Shown: positions 40,487 to 52,049, counted from the whole stretch's first letter. The stretch: DNA of 63,036 nt, filler included, from Octopus bimaculoides (GCF_001194135.2; 5 parts of 5 records of this genome joined end to end with filler, not necessarily neighbours in it); one strand, 5' to 3'. Notes: generated by a model not told the origin, from the sequence alone. Numbers and translations are program-made.

Positions 40487-41207
40487 TGATGATGGCCGTC
40501 CACTCGTGACCTAGGAAGACCATTGCCGACCTTCAGGAACATTGTGCGCTCTAGGACTAACTTATATTTTGCATTTGCGGCTCCGTTGGTGGCTAATGAG
40601 CCCTGCTCTTGACAAGCAGACACGACTGCAAATATTGCAGACCAAGTTTTCCCCAATCACTATACGAGCCGTGCACTTTCGCGCAGCTCGCTTAAGTTCT
40701 TCATGCTGGATACGTGCTCTCAAAAGTGTCGATCCCTTCCTTAACCTGCTTCCTCCATCTGTGGTGATGACAGGCATTGTTCTCCCAGTCAGTGTCCTGC
40801 ATATCACAGGCCTTTAATGAGGNNNNNNNNNNCTGCTTCCTCCATCTGTGGTGATGACAGGCATTGTTCTCCCAGTCAGTGTCCTGCATATCACAGGCCT
40901 TTAATGAGGACTTGATACAGTCCTTAAATCGCAGCCTTGGTTTCTGCCGGAGTCTCCTTCCATTTACAAGTTCTCCATATAGCATCTGCTTAGGAATCCC
41001 ACTATCCTTCATTCTAATAAGGTGTCCAGTCCAACGTAACTGGTGCTTGTGCACCATCGCCTCAATACACAAGATATCAGCTGTCCTCAAGACCTGTGTA
41101 TCTGGAATTTTTGAGGTCCAGCTAACATTGAGAATGTGCCTGAGGCATCTCTGATGAAAGCGTTCAAGGACCCTTACCTGACGTTTGTACAGAGTCCATG
41201 TCTCACA
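40487..41207 (-). mobile_element. RTE-BovB-like LINE 3' end
   Basis: CETWTLY...LERFHQRCLRHILNVSW...QLRWTGHLIRM...PKQMLYGEL...RFKD, plus the C-terminal zinc finger CNICSRVCLSRAGLISHQRS; 5'-truncated into a microsatellite. Confidence 0.93.
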
Positions 41208-41293
41208 TACATACATATATACATACATACATACATATATACATACATACATACATACATACATATGCGCGCGTACACACACACACGCACGCG

Positions 41294-41346
<53 letters not shown>

Positions 41347-42199
41347 TCCTTCGTTTTCTCTTTCAGAAGGACGTATACTCGAAACGTCACTATAAGAAAC
41401 ACTTGTGGACGGTTGCATATCCGACTGGTAGGTTTCTAGTTAACTCGAGCCTTGTGAGTAAAATTAGATAGAAAATGTGTGAAAATCAGATGGACTGCAA
41501 TCTTAATTGAAATGACCAGTTTTGTCACTCACTGTCACATCAATTATGCCCCAGCTTTCATGTTATACGTACATGTGTCTGTGACGTAGCCAGCCACTTG
41601 CACAATAATTGAGCGAGTAGTTAACTGAGTTGAACGAACAACTGGAGGAGTATTCATTGTCGAAACGAACAGAGGAGTTGTTTTTTCTTTTTCTTTTCTT
41701 CATTCGTCGGTTCTTATACAACTATATTTATTTCCTGACATAAAAAGATGAAAAGATACTATCCCAGGGCTTGTTTTCATTGACCTCATTTTAGTAACAT
41801 CATTTCATATTATATAAAAAAAAAATTTCAGTAATTTATAAGAATTATAAAAATATAGTTTAATGATACTGTCAATATCTTTCCTACAATTCTCGGTTGT
41901 TAATAACAAAATTATTAATTTAGCATTGTTTAATACAATTAAGATGTTTATTTTTATACATCTACGTTATACAATATACTTTACGAATTCAAGTCCCGCT
42001 GCGATCAATTTTATTTTTTTCATCCTTCTAACATTGTCGAAACGATTTTATATCCTCGCCACAATATCATTTTTATGTTTTGGAGAGAAATTTTCTTTTC
42101 TTTTTTACTTTTTTAATTTATAAATTAATTCTTCTTCTTTTAGTTAACTATTGATTAATTTTCTAATTTATGTACAATTTTTTTCTTCCCTTGGATTTC

Positions 42200-42371
42200 T
42201 TTTCCGTTTGAAAAACACATTCCACTTTCTTGAGAAAACCGGCGGGAAATTCTGATTAACGAAGAAAACAAAACTCTAAGAAGCAGACGTAGGCGAGCTT
42301 TCTGTACAAGTTTTTAGAAGTCAATAAGTTTGGTGAACGACTCAAACTAATATATTTATTGGCTGTCAACG
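42200..42371 (+). promoter_or_regulatory. HOP2 promoter / 5' leader with E2F, CHR-like and reverse CCAAT motifs
   Basis: TTTGAA at 42207-42212, GGCGGGAAA at 42241-42249 and ATTGG at 42358-42362, in a locally CpG-containing stretch just upstream of the ATG. Confidence 0.6.
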
Positions 42372-42390
42372 ATGAGTAAAAACAAAGACG
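42372..42390 (+). CDS. PSMC3IP: HOP2 exon 1 coding part (MSKNKD + 1 nt)
   Basis: ATGAGTAAAAACAAAGACG|gtaata; the phase-1 end matches the exon 2 start, and MSK is the N-terminus I recall for HOP2 orthologues. Confidence 0.85.
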
Positions 42391-45300
42391 GTAATATAAC
42401 ACTTCTATTTCCTTTTAACCCAAAACAAATTAAAACCTGTTTGTTTTAGTATTTCTTTTAAAAAAGAAGCGGCACATCGAATAACGTAGTCCTAAATATA
42501 CAAAAAGTCGGGGAAGTCACGGCTAGACTACCTTTAATCATAGGTCCTTCTTAATCAGAACTAATTTAGGGCTATAATACAACTCGTCTTTAGGTTCTTC
42601 CGTCATGTAGGTGTGTAATATATTCGTGCATTAAGCAATAACATTAGTTTATTTACTATGAAGTCTGTTATTCCATTACAGGCGTACACCCCGTGTTTAG
42701 TGTTAGGGTTTTTGTTACGCAGAAAACGGGTGGTGTACGTATTCTTTACCTCCGCCCCGTTACATACATGTTATATAATTCTGACAGTCACTAGAATTTG
42801 TAGATAGTAGTCAAAGTTGTTCAGTTTCAAGTCGGCCCTAATCCAAAAGCCTTCCACTCGTTACAATCTCATCATTTTATTTTATTTACATATTCTATCA
42901 GCTATTTTCCCATGTATCCTGAATACAATGTTATTCTTTTTTTATATTTATGGGACTATATTTTACTACGTGTTTATTTGGGGAAATTTGTTTACTATTT
43001 CTAGCATTTCGAGCGACTGCGTTGCGGCTTCTTCGTTATTAGTATTGTTTAACTTCAGCCCCGATCTGATCGACGGAATTACATCCGTAACCATTCCATC
43101 TTTTTGGGGGTTAATATCTAGTTCAACACCCGGCCGCGAATTTTTCCCCACGAGAGTTCCAGACCCCATTTATGAACTCCTTTGCATACAGCCACTCTTG
43201 GTATTTTATATAGAGAACTACATTATCCTATTTGTCTTTCATTTACCAAGGTAATTGAGTGTGGTTTAAAGGAGATTTGGCTGTTACTATTAGCAGGTCA
43301 TGCAACCACATAGGGTTTCATTCACTTATATGTTCTGTACTGCAAGACGAAGTTACTAATTTACATATCGTACACGCCTTCAATTAATGTTTAAGATAGT
43401 AATTTATGCATTAAGGAAAGTCAGTTACATCGCCATTGATAAGAGGTATCCAACAATAGTTTATCAGCATTGTGGGTAACAGAAGTAAGTGAAATAGAAT
43501 TCATAACATTGATGCATTTCTTAAGGTTTATACATTGAGTGAAAACAGATAGAACTGTCAAAAACTGCACCCCTAGGTGGCAAATCACACACACAAAATT
43601 GAGAAACACAACTCGAAACTGTCACTCGACCTGCTAGAAATAGTAGCCAAATTCCTGAAATTGCATCCTGCCTCTAAGGAGTGGCTGTGTGGTAAGTAGC
43701 TTGCTTACCAACCACATGGTTCCGGGTTCATTCCCACTGCATGGCACCTTGGGCAAGTGTCTTCTACTATAGCCTCGGGCCGACCAAAGCCTTGTGAGGG
43801 GATTTAGTAGATGGAAACTGAAAGAAGCCCGTCGTATATATGTATATATATGTATGTGTGTGTATATGTTTGTGTCTGTGTTTCTCCCCCCAACATCGCT
43901 TGACAACCGATGCTGGTGTGTTTATGTCCCCGTAATTTAGCGGTTCGGCAAAAGAGACCGATAGAATAAGTACTAGGCTTACAAAGAATAAGTCCTGGGG
44001 TCGATTTGCTCGACTAAAGGCGGTGCTCCAGCATGGCTGCAGTCAAATGACTGAAACAAGCAAAAGAGTAAAGAGTAAAAGAAAATCGATTCGTAACAAT
44101 GATTTTCTTAATAATTTAATATGTTATTCAATGTTATTTGGCACCATACAAATATTTTCTGTGTTTCAGTACAAAAAGCAGTGTTGGAGTATCTTAATCA
44201 ACAAAATCGCCCTTATAGTGCAATTGATATATTCAACAACCTTCATAAAGAATTTGGCAAAACAGTAAGTTCTTTCATAACACTGTAAAACATAATTTTT
44301 ATTTGTTTTCTTGTCTTTGGTCAGTAAGTGTTATTTCCTATTTGCTTCTCTCTAGAAATCAAGGGAAATGACAACTATTCCCGTCAAATTTTGGGACCTG
44401 GACATTGTTTTCAAACTGACATATTTTCCATTACACTACAGACAGATTCAGTGTTAAGTTGCTGAAGCAGAAACATCATTATAACAAATATTCTGTTCAA
44501 AACACAGATTTACTTGTCAATTACTTGACCATAACCACTGGAGCATGTCCCTTAGTGGCTGATAATATGTGTATCTCTGATCATGAACAAGAGTGAGCGT
44601 GGCCGTTGCCAGTACCACTTGACTGGCCTTTGTGCCGGTGGCACGTAAAAGCACCCACTACACTCTCGGAGTGGTTGGCGTTAGGAAGGGCATCCAGCAG
44701 TAGTGGTGCTGCCAAATTCCCGTTAAAAATATATAGTTTTCTAAGTGACAATTAGTTATTGATCTATAAATTAGAAAATTACTATTTATAGATCAGTGAC
44801 TAGTTGTCACTTTGAAAACTATAAATTTCGAACGGGAATTTGGCAGTGCCACCTCTAGCCGAACAATTATTCTGTGCTGATGAAGGGAAATAACCTGGAA
44901 ATCGTAATACACAGATATTGTTTTGAGCTGAGTGGGGGTGCTTGATTCCCTTGTTTGGAAATATAAGGACACAGATCGTGTCGTATAGCCAGCTAAATTG
45001 CAGCAACATTTGTCCTAAACCAGAACTGCCATGTAATGTTGGCAAACAATCTTTACTCCAAAGTACTGTTGCTGAATATTTCTTGTTGTGAGATTTACAA
45101 ATAGTAATTTTCTAAGTTTATGGTCAGTAAAATTATAAACAGTAATATGCCCTCTGCTACAAATATTAGTTTTTTCTACATTTAGTGGAATTGTCAACTG
45201 TATCATAACTGGACACATAAAAATTACAAAGGCTGATCATGACTTGACAACAAAATTTCTTAAATTACACCCTACCATCTTAGAAAAGGATGGACACATT

Positions 45301-48300
45301 GGACAGTGTAATCGGAAATGTGCTGTGCGTGAGAAGACCCGGCAAGCCAAGTAAGATCGTTGCCAGTGCCCCTGGACTGGCTCTTGTGCGGGTGGCACAT
45401 GAGATGCACCATTTTGAGCGTGGCCGTTGCCAGTACCACCTGACTGGCTCCTGTAGGATTTTCGAGCGAGATCGTTGCCAGTGCCCCTGGACTGGCTTGT
45501 GCGGGTGGCACATAAAAGACACCATTTCAAGCGTGGCCGTTTTCGTGCGGGTGACACGTAAAAGCACCCACTACACTCTCTGAGTGGTTGGCGTTAGGAA
45601 GGGCATCCAGCTGTAGAAACTCTGCCAAATTAGATTGGAGCCTGGTGTAGCCATCCGGTTTCACCAGTCCTCAGTCAAATCGTCCAACCCATGCTAGCAT
45701 GGAAAGCGGACGTTAAACGACGATGATGATGATGATCTACTCATGCCTCTAACTTTTTTTTTGGTGGGGTGTTGGAGTGTTTTGCCTTCCATTTTATTCT
45801 TTCTCACCTTAAAAGTTTTTTATCTCCACCTTTTTTCATATGTTTTTTTAGGCTGTTACAAAATCCCTCGACGAATTGGCTGAATCTGGCAAAATTAAAA
45901 AGAAAACCTATGGCAAACAATGTGTATATGTTGCCAACCAGGTAGTTTTTAACTTGACATTTATATTACTGCTATTTACATATGGCATTTCTGTTATTAC
46001 TCCTGTTTTATATCTTAATCTAATTACATTATTTTATAACATGAACTTCACTCCTTATGCTGTCATTACATTTGTGTTTTTGAAAGACAAATGCAATGGC
46101 AAATGTAATAAATTTATTTAAACTTATTCACCAGTTCCATACACTGACAACAGAGTTTAAATGTCACTATGTATCTCTAATCCAACCAAAGTCACAGTGA
46201 CTGCTTAACTATGTGGATATATTAACCTATACTTTGAGTTATACATAATCACTTCTTAACTGTGTGAGAGTGGTGCATTAGCCTCTACTTACAACCACAC
46301 CACAGTCGTAAATGTCATTGTCTGTGTTTATTGCAAGGTTACAATGACTCATTAATTAGATAAATCTATTACCTGATTCTCTCTCACGCACCAGAGTTAA
46401 AAACATCTTTATGTACCTTATGCTTGAGATATTTGTCTCTACTTTCCATCATTGCACATCAGCATGGCTTTTACTTCCAGTAGGACAGACTTTCACTGCT
46501 CTGCCATTTCTTCTAGCTATCCTTATTTACAAACAGTTATATGTTGTTTCGTTCCTTGTTATCCCCCCACCACTAATCAAGCAAATCTGTGATCAAAGAT
46601 GTTCCAACTCTGACCATTCTGTGTGTTTCCCCTCTCTCTCTCTCTCTCTCATATATATATGTATGAATCAAACTGTTTTGATCCATATATTAACTCAATA
46701 AATGTTGAGTGCTCTCCTTTCATTTGTCCACTCACCTATATATATATATGTGGTGAGAGAGAGAGAGGTAGTTGGCTGATTGATTAGTTGGTTGTAGTGA
46801 TACTGATTATGAATATAAATAATAAGGCTGGTGGAAAATACCTCAAGGGACCGCTCTGCATACCAAATACTTATTTGGTAGACTCTCACAGTTGTTATAC
46901 AGCTAGTTGGAAAACTTAAATCTGAAGACATTAGTTGGCAAATAGGCAAAAAAAAACAGAAGTAAGCCAAGGGAGATAATTATTAAACTTGGCTGATACA
47001 AATTTTTTAGATGATATTGATTTACTGGTCTGTTAGATTCAGACTGTTCTGGAACAAAACCACAACAGAAGCAGAATAAAAAATACTGAGTACCTTACTG
47101 TTATTTTTACAGGATAATTTTCCAACTGTAAGTGATGCTGAAATGAAAACTCTGGAAACGGATATTCAGAAGCTGACTTCCAAGTTACAGAACTTACAAA
47201 ATGAAGTCAATTTATTAGAAAAGGGTGAGTAAAGTAAAAGAACAAAAAAAGGGAATTATATTATTAGAGTGTTGTTATATAATAATCATCATCATCATCG
47301 TTTAACGTCTGCTTTCCATGCTAGCATGGGTTGGATGATTTGAATAAGGACTGGTGAACCAGATGGCTACACCTGGCTCCAATCTGATTTGGCAGAGTTT
47401 CTACAGCTGGATGCCCTTCCTAACGCCAACCACTCTGAGAGTGTAGTGGGTGCTTTTACGTGCTACCGGCACGAAGGCCAGTCAGGTGGTACTGGCAACA
47501 GCCACGCTCTAAACTTATTGTATACAGTGCCCAAGTGCACTTACAACTCATCAAAAAAAATAGCCAAAAGTACATGGACAATACATACAATAATTCACAG
47601 GAAGTGGACAATGAGTTGGTAAAAAAATAAGTGGTGGTAGGATGAGCATCAGGTGTACTGCTGACGAATTTCAGGAAGCATGGGAGTTTTAAAGGATGTA
47701 GCGTCCTGACAGCTAACAACTGATGCAAGTAGTTTAACCCATGCTTCAGCAATTCTGAGTTTTAAAAAATGTTCCCAACAGTCATGGGTGCCCTATTGTT
47801 CTTTGATTTTCTAAGCATGTCCATAAGTGTTAGATTTATGAAATTCAAAAAGGTGCCCATGGTTGTTTGAAAGATTGTGAGTGTCTCTCCCAAGTCAGTT
47901 GCCAAATGTCAGAGCTTTTTGATGTGTCCATACCCAGGAAGCAAGATGTTCAGAGTATGGAAGATGCCTGACAGTGGGTATTCGTCTGGTTGCACGTTTC
48001 TGAACAGTTTTTTTCATGAGATTAATATGCTGAGCAAGGTAGGGGTTACTGTTGATGTGGTAACTGGCTGCACCACTTCTGCGATTTTGTCCTTGGCCAG
48101 CTGTGTTAGGCCAAAAGTGTTACAGCCATGGTGATACAACTTTTATTTAAGAATAATGTATCTGGGACTACAAAATCCAGTGTCTTCTTTTAAGATATTA
48201 AGGTGTTATTTTTAGGGAAATTTGGCTGCTATTTCCAGCAGATTGCGCAATCATATGAAAGCTCCCGTCTTCACTTTTCAACAGTGTTGTCTTTATTTAG

Positions 48301-51300
48301 CCCCTGATCATTTTCAATCAAGCAAACCTATAATCAAAGGTATTCCAGCCATAATAAATTACTATGTCATGGACTATGTGGAGGTGCAATGGCCCAGTGG
48401 TTAGGGCAGCGGACTCGCGGTTATAGGATCACGATTTCGATTCCCAGACCGGGCGTTGTGAGCATTTATTGAGCGAAAACACCTAAAAGCTCCACGAGGC
48501 TCCGGCAGGGGATGGTGGCGAACCCTGCTGTACTCTTTCACCACAACTTTCTCTCACTCTTACTTCCTGTTTCTGTTGTGCCTGTAATTCAAAAGGGTCA
48601 GCCTTGTCACACTGTGTCACGCTGAATCTCCCCGAGAACTACGTTAAGGGTACACGTGTCTGTGGAGTGCTCAGCCACTTGCACGTTAATTTCCCGAGCA
48701 GGTTGTTCCGTTGATCGGATCAACTGGAACCCTCGACGTCGTAAGCGACGGAGTGCCAACATGGATTACATTGTCTAGTGTGTCCTTCTTTTTCATAACG
48801 CAGAAGGGTGTAATTTGCGAGAGATTTGGCTGTTGTTTCAAGCAGATTGAGTGATTACATAGAGGCTCTTTTGCTGACTATTCCACTGTTGTTGTTGTCA
48901 TTTAACCCCAGGTCATCCCTGGTCAAGCAGACTTATGATCAACAGTATTCCAACTGTTACAACTTATGTCTATGTGTTATGTGTCATTCAGTCTATCATA
49001 CAGTTGCATGATGGTTAATCATGTATGTGTGTGTATGATGGTTAATTCTGATGACTTCTTTTCCTATTTATAAAACCTGCTGTAAATTGTTTTGCAACAA
49101 TGAATATTTTTTAAGCCAGTCTTATCTACGGCATGCATTCGGTGTTCTGTTTTCATTAGGCTATGGCCTGAATTACACATTACTGTAATAGGACTGGTAC
49201 TTATTACCAACCATAATGAACTACTGTATCAAGGGACTACATTATCTAATATTATGTCCTTCCTTTACATAACACAGTTGGGTATAATTTGAGAGAGATT
49301 TGGTTACTATTTTGAGCATCTTAAACAACTAAATGAAATCTATCTCATTAGCTTTCTAAAAAGATAAAGATGAATGCGTCTTAATCATCATCATCATCAT
49401 CGTTTAACGTCTGCTTTCCATGCTGGCATGGGTTGGACGATTTGACTGAGGACTGGTGAAACCGGATGGCAACACCAGGCTCCAATCTGATCTGGCAGAG
49501 TTTCTACAGCTGGATGCCCTTCCTAACGCCAACCACTCCAAGAGTGTAGTGGGTGCTTTTACGTGCCACCGGCACGAAGGCCAGTCAGGCGGTACTGGCA
49601 ATGGCACAAGAGCCAGTCCAGGGGCACTGGCAACGATCTCGCTCGAAAGTCCTTAGACATGCCACAGGCACAAGTGCCAGAAAGGCGTCGCTGGGCACAG
49701 GTGCCATCATGATTTCGATTTAATGCCAGTGGTAATTTATAAAACTGTTGTTATTGTAAACATTTTTATTTTAATTTGCAGAACAGAAACAAATTAGCAG
49801 TTCATTGCCCACTGAAGAAGCTCAGAAACAACTTGAAACTTACACCAAAGATGTAAGTAATACTTATTACTTTTAAAGTACCACTTGTGCCATGTTAAAA
49901 AATAAAAAGCACCCATGCCACGTAAGGAACAATTGTACTGGTATCATTTAAAGGAACCCCTACTGGTGTCACGTAAAAAGAATCCATGCCGGCCCCACGT
50001 ATAAAGCGCCTGTGTTAGTGCCATGTATAAAGCACTTGTGCTAGTACCACATATAAAGCACCCATGCTAATGCCTTGTATACTGGTGCTGTTACCACATA
50101 AAAAGCACCCAGTACACTATGAAATGGTTGGCATTAGGAAAGACATCCAGCTGTAGAAGGCATTCAAAAACAGAGCCTGGTGTCACTCTCCAACTGGCTA
50201 GCGCCCTGTCAAACTGTCCAACCCATGCCAGTATGGAAAACAGATGTTAAATGATGATATTGATGTTATTAAGACACATTGGCTGGGTTGTTTGAGCTTC
50301 AAATACAATGTCTTACTGTATTTGTTCTGAATCTCTACACTCTGAGTTCAAAACCTGTCAAGGTTAACTTTGCCTTTCATCCTTTTGAGGGTCAATAATA
50401 AAGTAACCAATGCAGGGCTATAGAATGTTGGACTGGATGCTTTGCAATATTTGTTCAGAGTTCAAATCCTATGGTGGTCTACTTATGCATTAGACTTAAT
50501 CCATCACCCAGTTTAATACCACTACTTGGCACTTCGAGTGCCTTTAGTAGAATCTACTCTGTTGCAAGCTTTCAAGCCAGGTTTCCAATTTGAGGACACC
50601 TTCCTTTCTTATCCCCTTCCACAAGTCTCAGAGAAGTAATGTTTGGTGAAAATACTGAATTAAATATCAGGCTCTACTACAAAGTGAGGTCCCTTTACAT
50701 TCTCAGCTTAGGTTCTACTGTTGTCATCTTTTCATCATCATCATCATCATCGTTTAACGTCCGCTTTCCATGCTAGCATGGGTTGGACGATTTGACTGAG
50801 GACTGGTGAAACCGGATGGCAACACCAGGCTCCAATCTAATTTGGCAGAGTTTCTACAGCTGGATGCCCTTCCTAACGCCAACCACTCAGAAGGTTGTCC
50901 TCTTCCCCTTCAAGATTTTCTTGATCATTTTGCTTTTTTCGTAATATATAAATGACTCTATAGCAGTGTTTCTCAACCATTTTACCCTTGCGTAACCCTT
51001 AAAATAAATTACATGTCTCAAGGAACCCCTGCACACAAAAAATTATATACTATATCTTTCTCGTATTTTTTTCATTGTTGTTCACATGGTAGTATCATAT
51101 ATATATATATATATATATCATCATCATCATCATTTAACGTCTGCTTTCCATGCTAGCATGGGTTGGACGATTTGACTGAGGACTGGCAAGCCAGAAGGCT
51201 GCACCAGGCTCCAATCTGATCTTGCAGAGTTTCTACAACTGGATGCCCTTCCTAACGTCAACCACTCCGAGAGTGTAGTGGGTGCTTTTACGTGCCACCG

Positions 51301-52049
51301 GCACAAGGGCCAATCACACAGTACTAGCAATGGCCACGCTCAAAAAGGTGTTTTTTACTTGCCACCTACACAGGAGCCAGTCCAGTGGCACTGGCAACAA
51401 CCTCGCTCAAATGATTTTCTAACATGCCACCAGCACAAGTGCTAGAAGGCAACGCTGGTAACGATTACGCTCAAACGGTGCTATTTACAGGCCACTAGCA
51501 CGGAAGCCAGACAGCTGCTCTGGCAATGAACGGGCTCAAGCAGCTGTCTGGCTTCCATATATATATATATATATATATATATGGTTGTTATATTTTTTTG
51601 ATAACATAATAAGTTAGATAGGATGATGTCTTTATATTACCATAACCAATAATATGTTGTGCAAGTATAGTAATATTACGATCATGAAATTAGCATTGCT
51701 TATCTCAGTCTTTCTCACGGAACCCTAGGGTTCTGGGAAACCCCGGTAAAGAAACACTGCTGTATAGTCTATTACCAGCAAGGTAAGCAACTACTTAAAA
51801 GAGCTCTTCATTTGCCCAGGTTCCAAGTTATGTCTTGTAAAAGTACAAGTGTTTCATTGTATGTTTTTGACAATGTTGTCTTGTGCGCAGCTTGAAACAA
51901 TTTGGAGTGTAGTGTTTTGTGTAGCTTGTAACTAAAATAACCATTCTCATTGTCTTTTCCTTTTGTTACAGAATGAAAGGCTGTCTGAGAAACTAGCTAA
52001 ATTAAAAGCTGGGAACGCAACTGTTATCACAAAAGAAGAAAAAGATAAG
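42372..52049 (+). CDS. PSMC3IP: HOP2 / PSMC3IP (TBPIP) homologous-pairing protein 2, 3'-partial; join(42372..42390,44170..44264,45852..45941,47113..47224,49782..49852,51972..52049)
   Basis: Six exons with GT-AG introns and compatible phases (1,0,0,1,0) splice to 465 nt: MSKNKDVQKAVLEYLNQQNRPYSAIDIFNNLHKEFGKTAVTKSLDELAESGKIKKKTYGKQCVYVANQDNFPTVSDAEMKTLETDIQKLTSKLQNLQNEVNLLEKEQKQISSSLPTEEAQKQLETYTKDNERLSEKLAKLKAGNATVITKEEKDK. It has the HOP2 winged-helix motifs YL..QNRPYS..D.F.NL and GKI..K.YGKQ..Y.A.Q, then a coiled coil and the T.EEK motif. The C-terminal WRKRKR exon was not found. Confidence 0.96.
42985..43115 (+). repeat. Short interspersed repeat family E (...TTTGGCTGCTATTTCTAGCAGGTCGAGCGACC... 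/ ...TTTAACCCCAGGTCAGCCCTGATC...)
   Basis: Recognisable related copies near 3890, 25015, 43270, 43630, 45250, 48220, 48820, 49295 and 54765-54900. Confidence 0.6.
43676..44080 (+). mobile_element. SINE family A, near full length (HOP2 intron 1)
   Basis: Head GGAGTGGCTGTGTGGTAAG...GGGTTCATTCCC, CORE-like CCTTGGGCAAGTGTCTT, internal (TA/TG)n tract, AAAGAGT tail; many homologous copies in the window. Confidence 0.9.
44170..44264 (+). CDS. PSMC3IP: HOP2 exon 2 (VQKAVLEYLNQQNRPYSAIDIFNNLHKEFGKT)
   Basis: tgtttcag| acceptor, |gtaagt donor, QNRPYS motif. Confidence 0.96.
44703..44852. repeat. 150-bp foldback element (MITE-like hairpin) in HOP2 intron 2
   Basis: Arms 44703-44771 and 44784-44852 are reverse complements with few mismatches; 12-nt loop. 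Confidence 0.85.
45340..45736 (+). mobile_element. SINE/LINE-tail family C with internal tandem subrepeats and (GAT)n tail (HOP2 intron 2)
   Basis: GTTGGCGTTAGGAAGGGCATCCAGCTGTAGAAAC...CCAACCCATGCTAGCATGGAAAGCGGACGTTAAACGA(GAT)n; a truncated copy lies at 44588-44697 (+). Confidence 0.9.
45852..45941 (+). CDS. PSMC3IP: HOP2 exon 3 (AVTKSLDELAESGKIKKKTYGKQCVYVANQ)
   Basis: ttttttag| acceptor, |gtagtt donor, 90 nt, phase 0-0, YGKQ motif. Confidence 0.96.
47113..47224 (+). CDS. PSMC3IP: HOP2 exon 4 (DNFPTVSDAEMKTLETDIQKLTSKLQNLQNEVNLLEK + 1 nt)
   Basis: tttttacag| acceptor, |gtgagt donor, 112 nt, coiled-coil heptads. Confidence 0.95.
47286..47510 (-). mobile_element. Family C copy (HOP2 intron 4)
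   Basis: Reverse complement of 45540-45736. Confidence 0.9.
47640..48135 (-). mobile_element. CR1-clade LINE 3' relic in HOP2 intron 4 (antisense)
   Basis: VQKRATRRIPTVRHLPYSEHLAS...GHA*KIK...FLKLRIAEAW.KL.ASVVSC...SFK, the CR1 ORF2 C-terminus. Confidence 0.88.
48378..48760 (+). mobile_element. Full-length tRNA-derived SINE (family D2) in HOP2 intron 4
   Basis: Head TGGCCCAGTGGTTAGGGCAGCGGACTCGCGG...TTTCGATTCCC; the same head is inverted at 31526-31649. Confidence 0.85.
49385..49720 (-). mobile_element. Family C copy (HOP2 intron 4, just upstream of exon 5)
   Basis: Reverse complement of 45340-45736. Confidence 0.9.
49782..49852 (+). CDS. PSMC3IP: HOP2 exon 5 (EQKQISSSLPTEEAQKQLETYTKD)
   Basis: aatttgcag| acceptor, |gtaagt donor, 71 nt, phase 1-0. 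Confidence 0.93.
49885..50270 (+). mobile_element. Family C copy, diverged (HOP2 intron 5)
   Basis: TGGTTGGCATTAGGAAAGACATCCAGCTGTAGAA...CCAACCCATGCCAGTATGGAAAACAGATGTTAAATGATGA. Confidence 0.8.
50732..51540 (-). mobile_element. Two family C copies (50732-50890 and 51118-51540) in HOP2 intron 5
   Basis: Reverse complement of 45340-45736; the second is nested in the hAT element. Confidence 0.88.
50964..51759. mobile_element. hAT-Charlie-like non-autonomous element with a nested SINE
   Basis: Ends CAGTGTTTCTC... and ...AGAAACACTG; 8-bp flanks CTCTATAG / CTGTATAG (7/8 identical target-site duplication). Confidence 0.8.
51972..52049 (+). CDS. PSMC3IP: HOP2 exon 6 (NERLSEKLAKLKAGNATVITKEEKDK)
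   Basis: ttttgttacag| acceptor, |gtatct donor, 78 nt, phase 0-0. Confidence 0.93.

Noticed and set aside
40746-40909. Direct duplications flanking 10-N gaps (also 18165-18340, 59021-59133, 58008-58660)
   Set aside because: Identical sequence on both sides of a gap is the signature of unmerged contig overlaps
42817-43254. 145-aa (+) and 67-aa (-) ORFs in HOP2 intron 1 as a nested gene
   Set aside because: The core overlaps repeat family E; no recognisable motif or convincing splice structure
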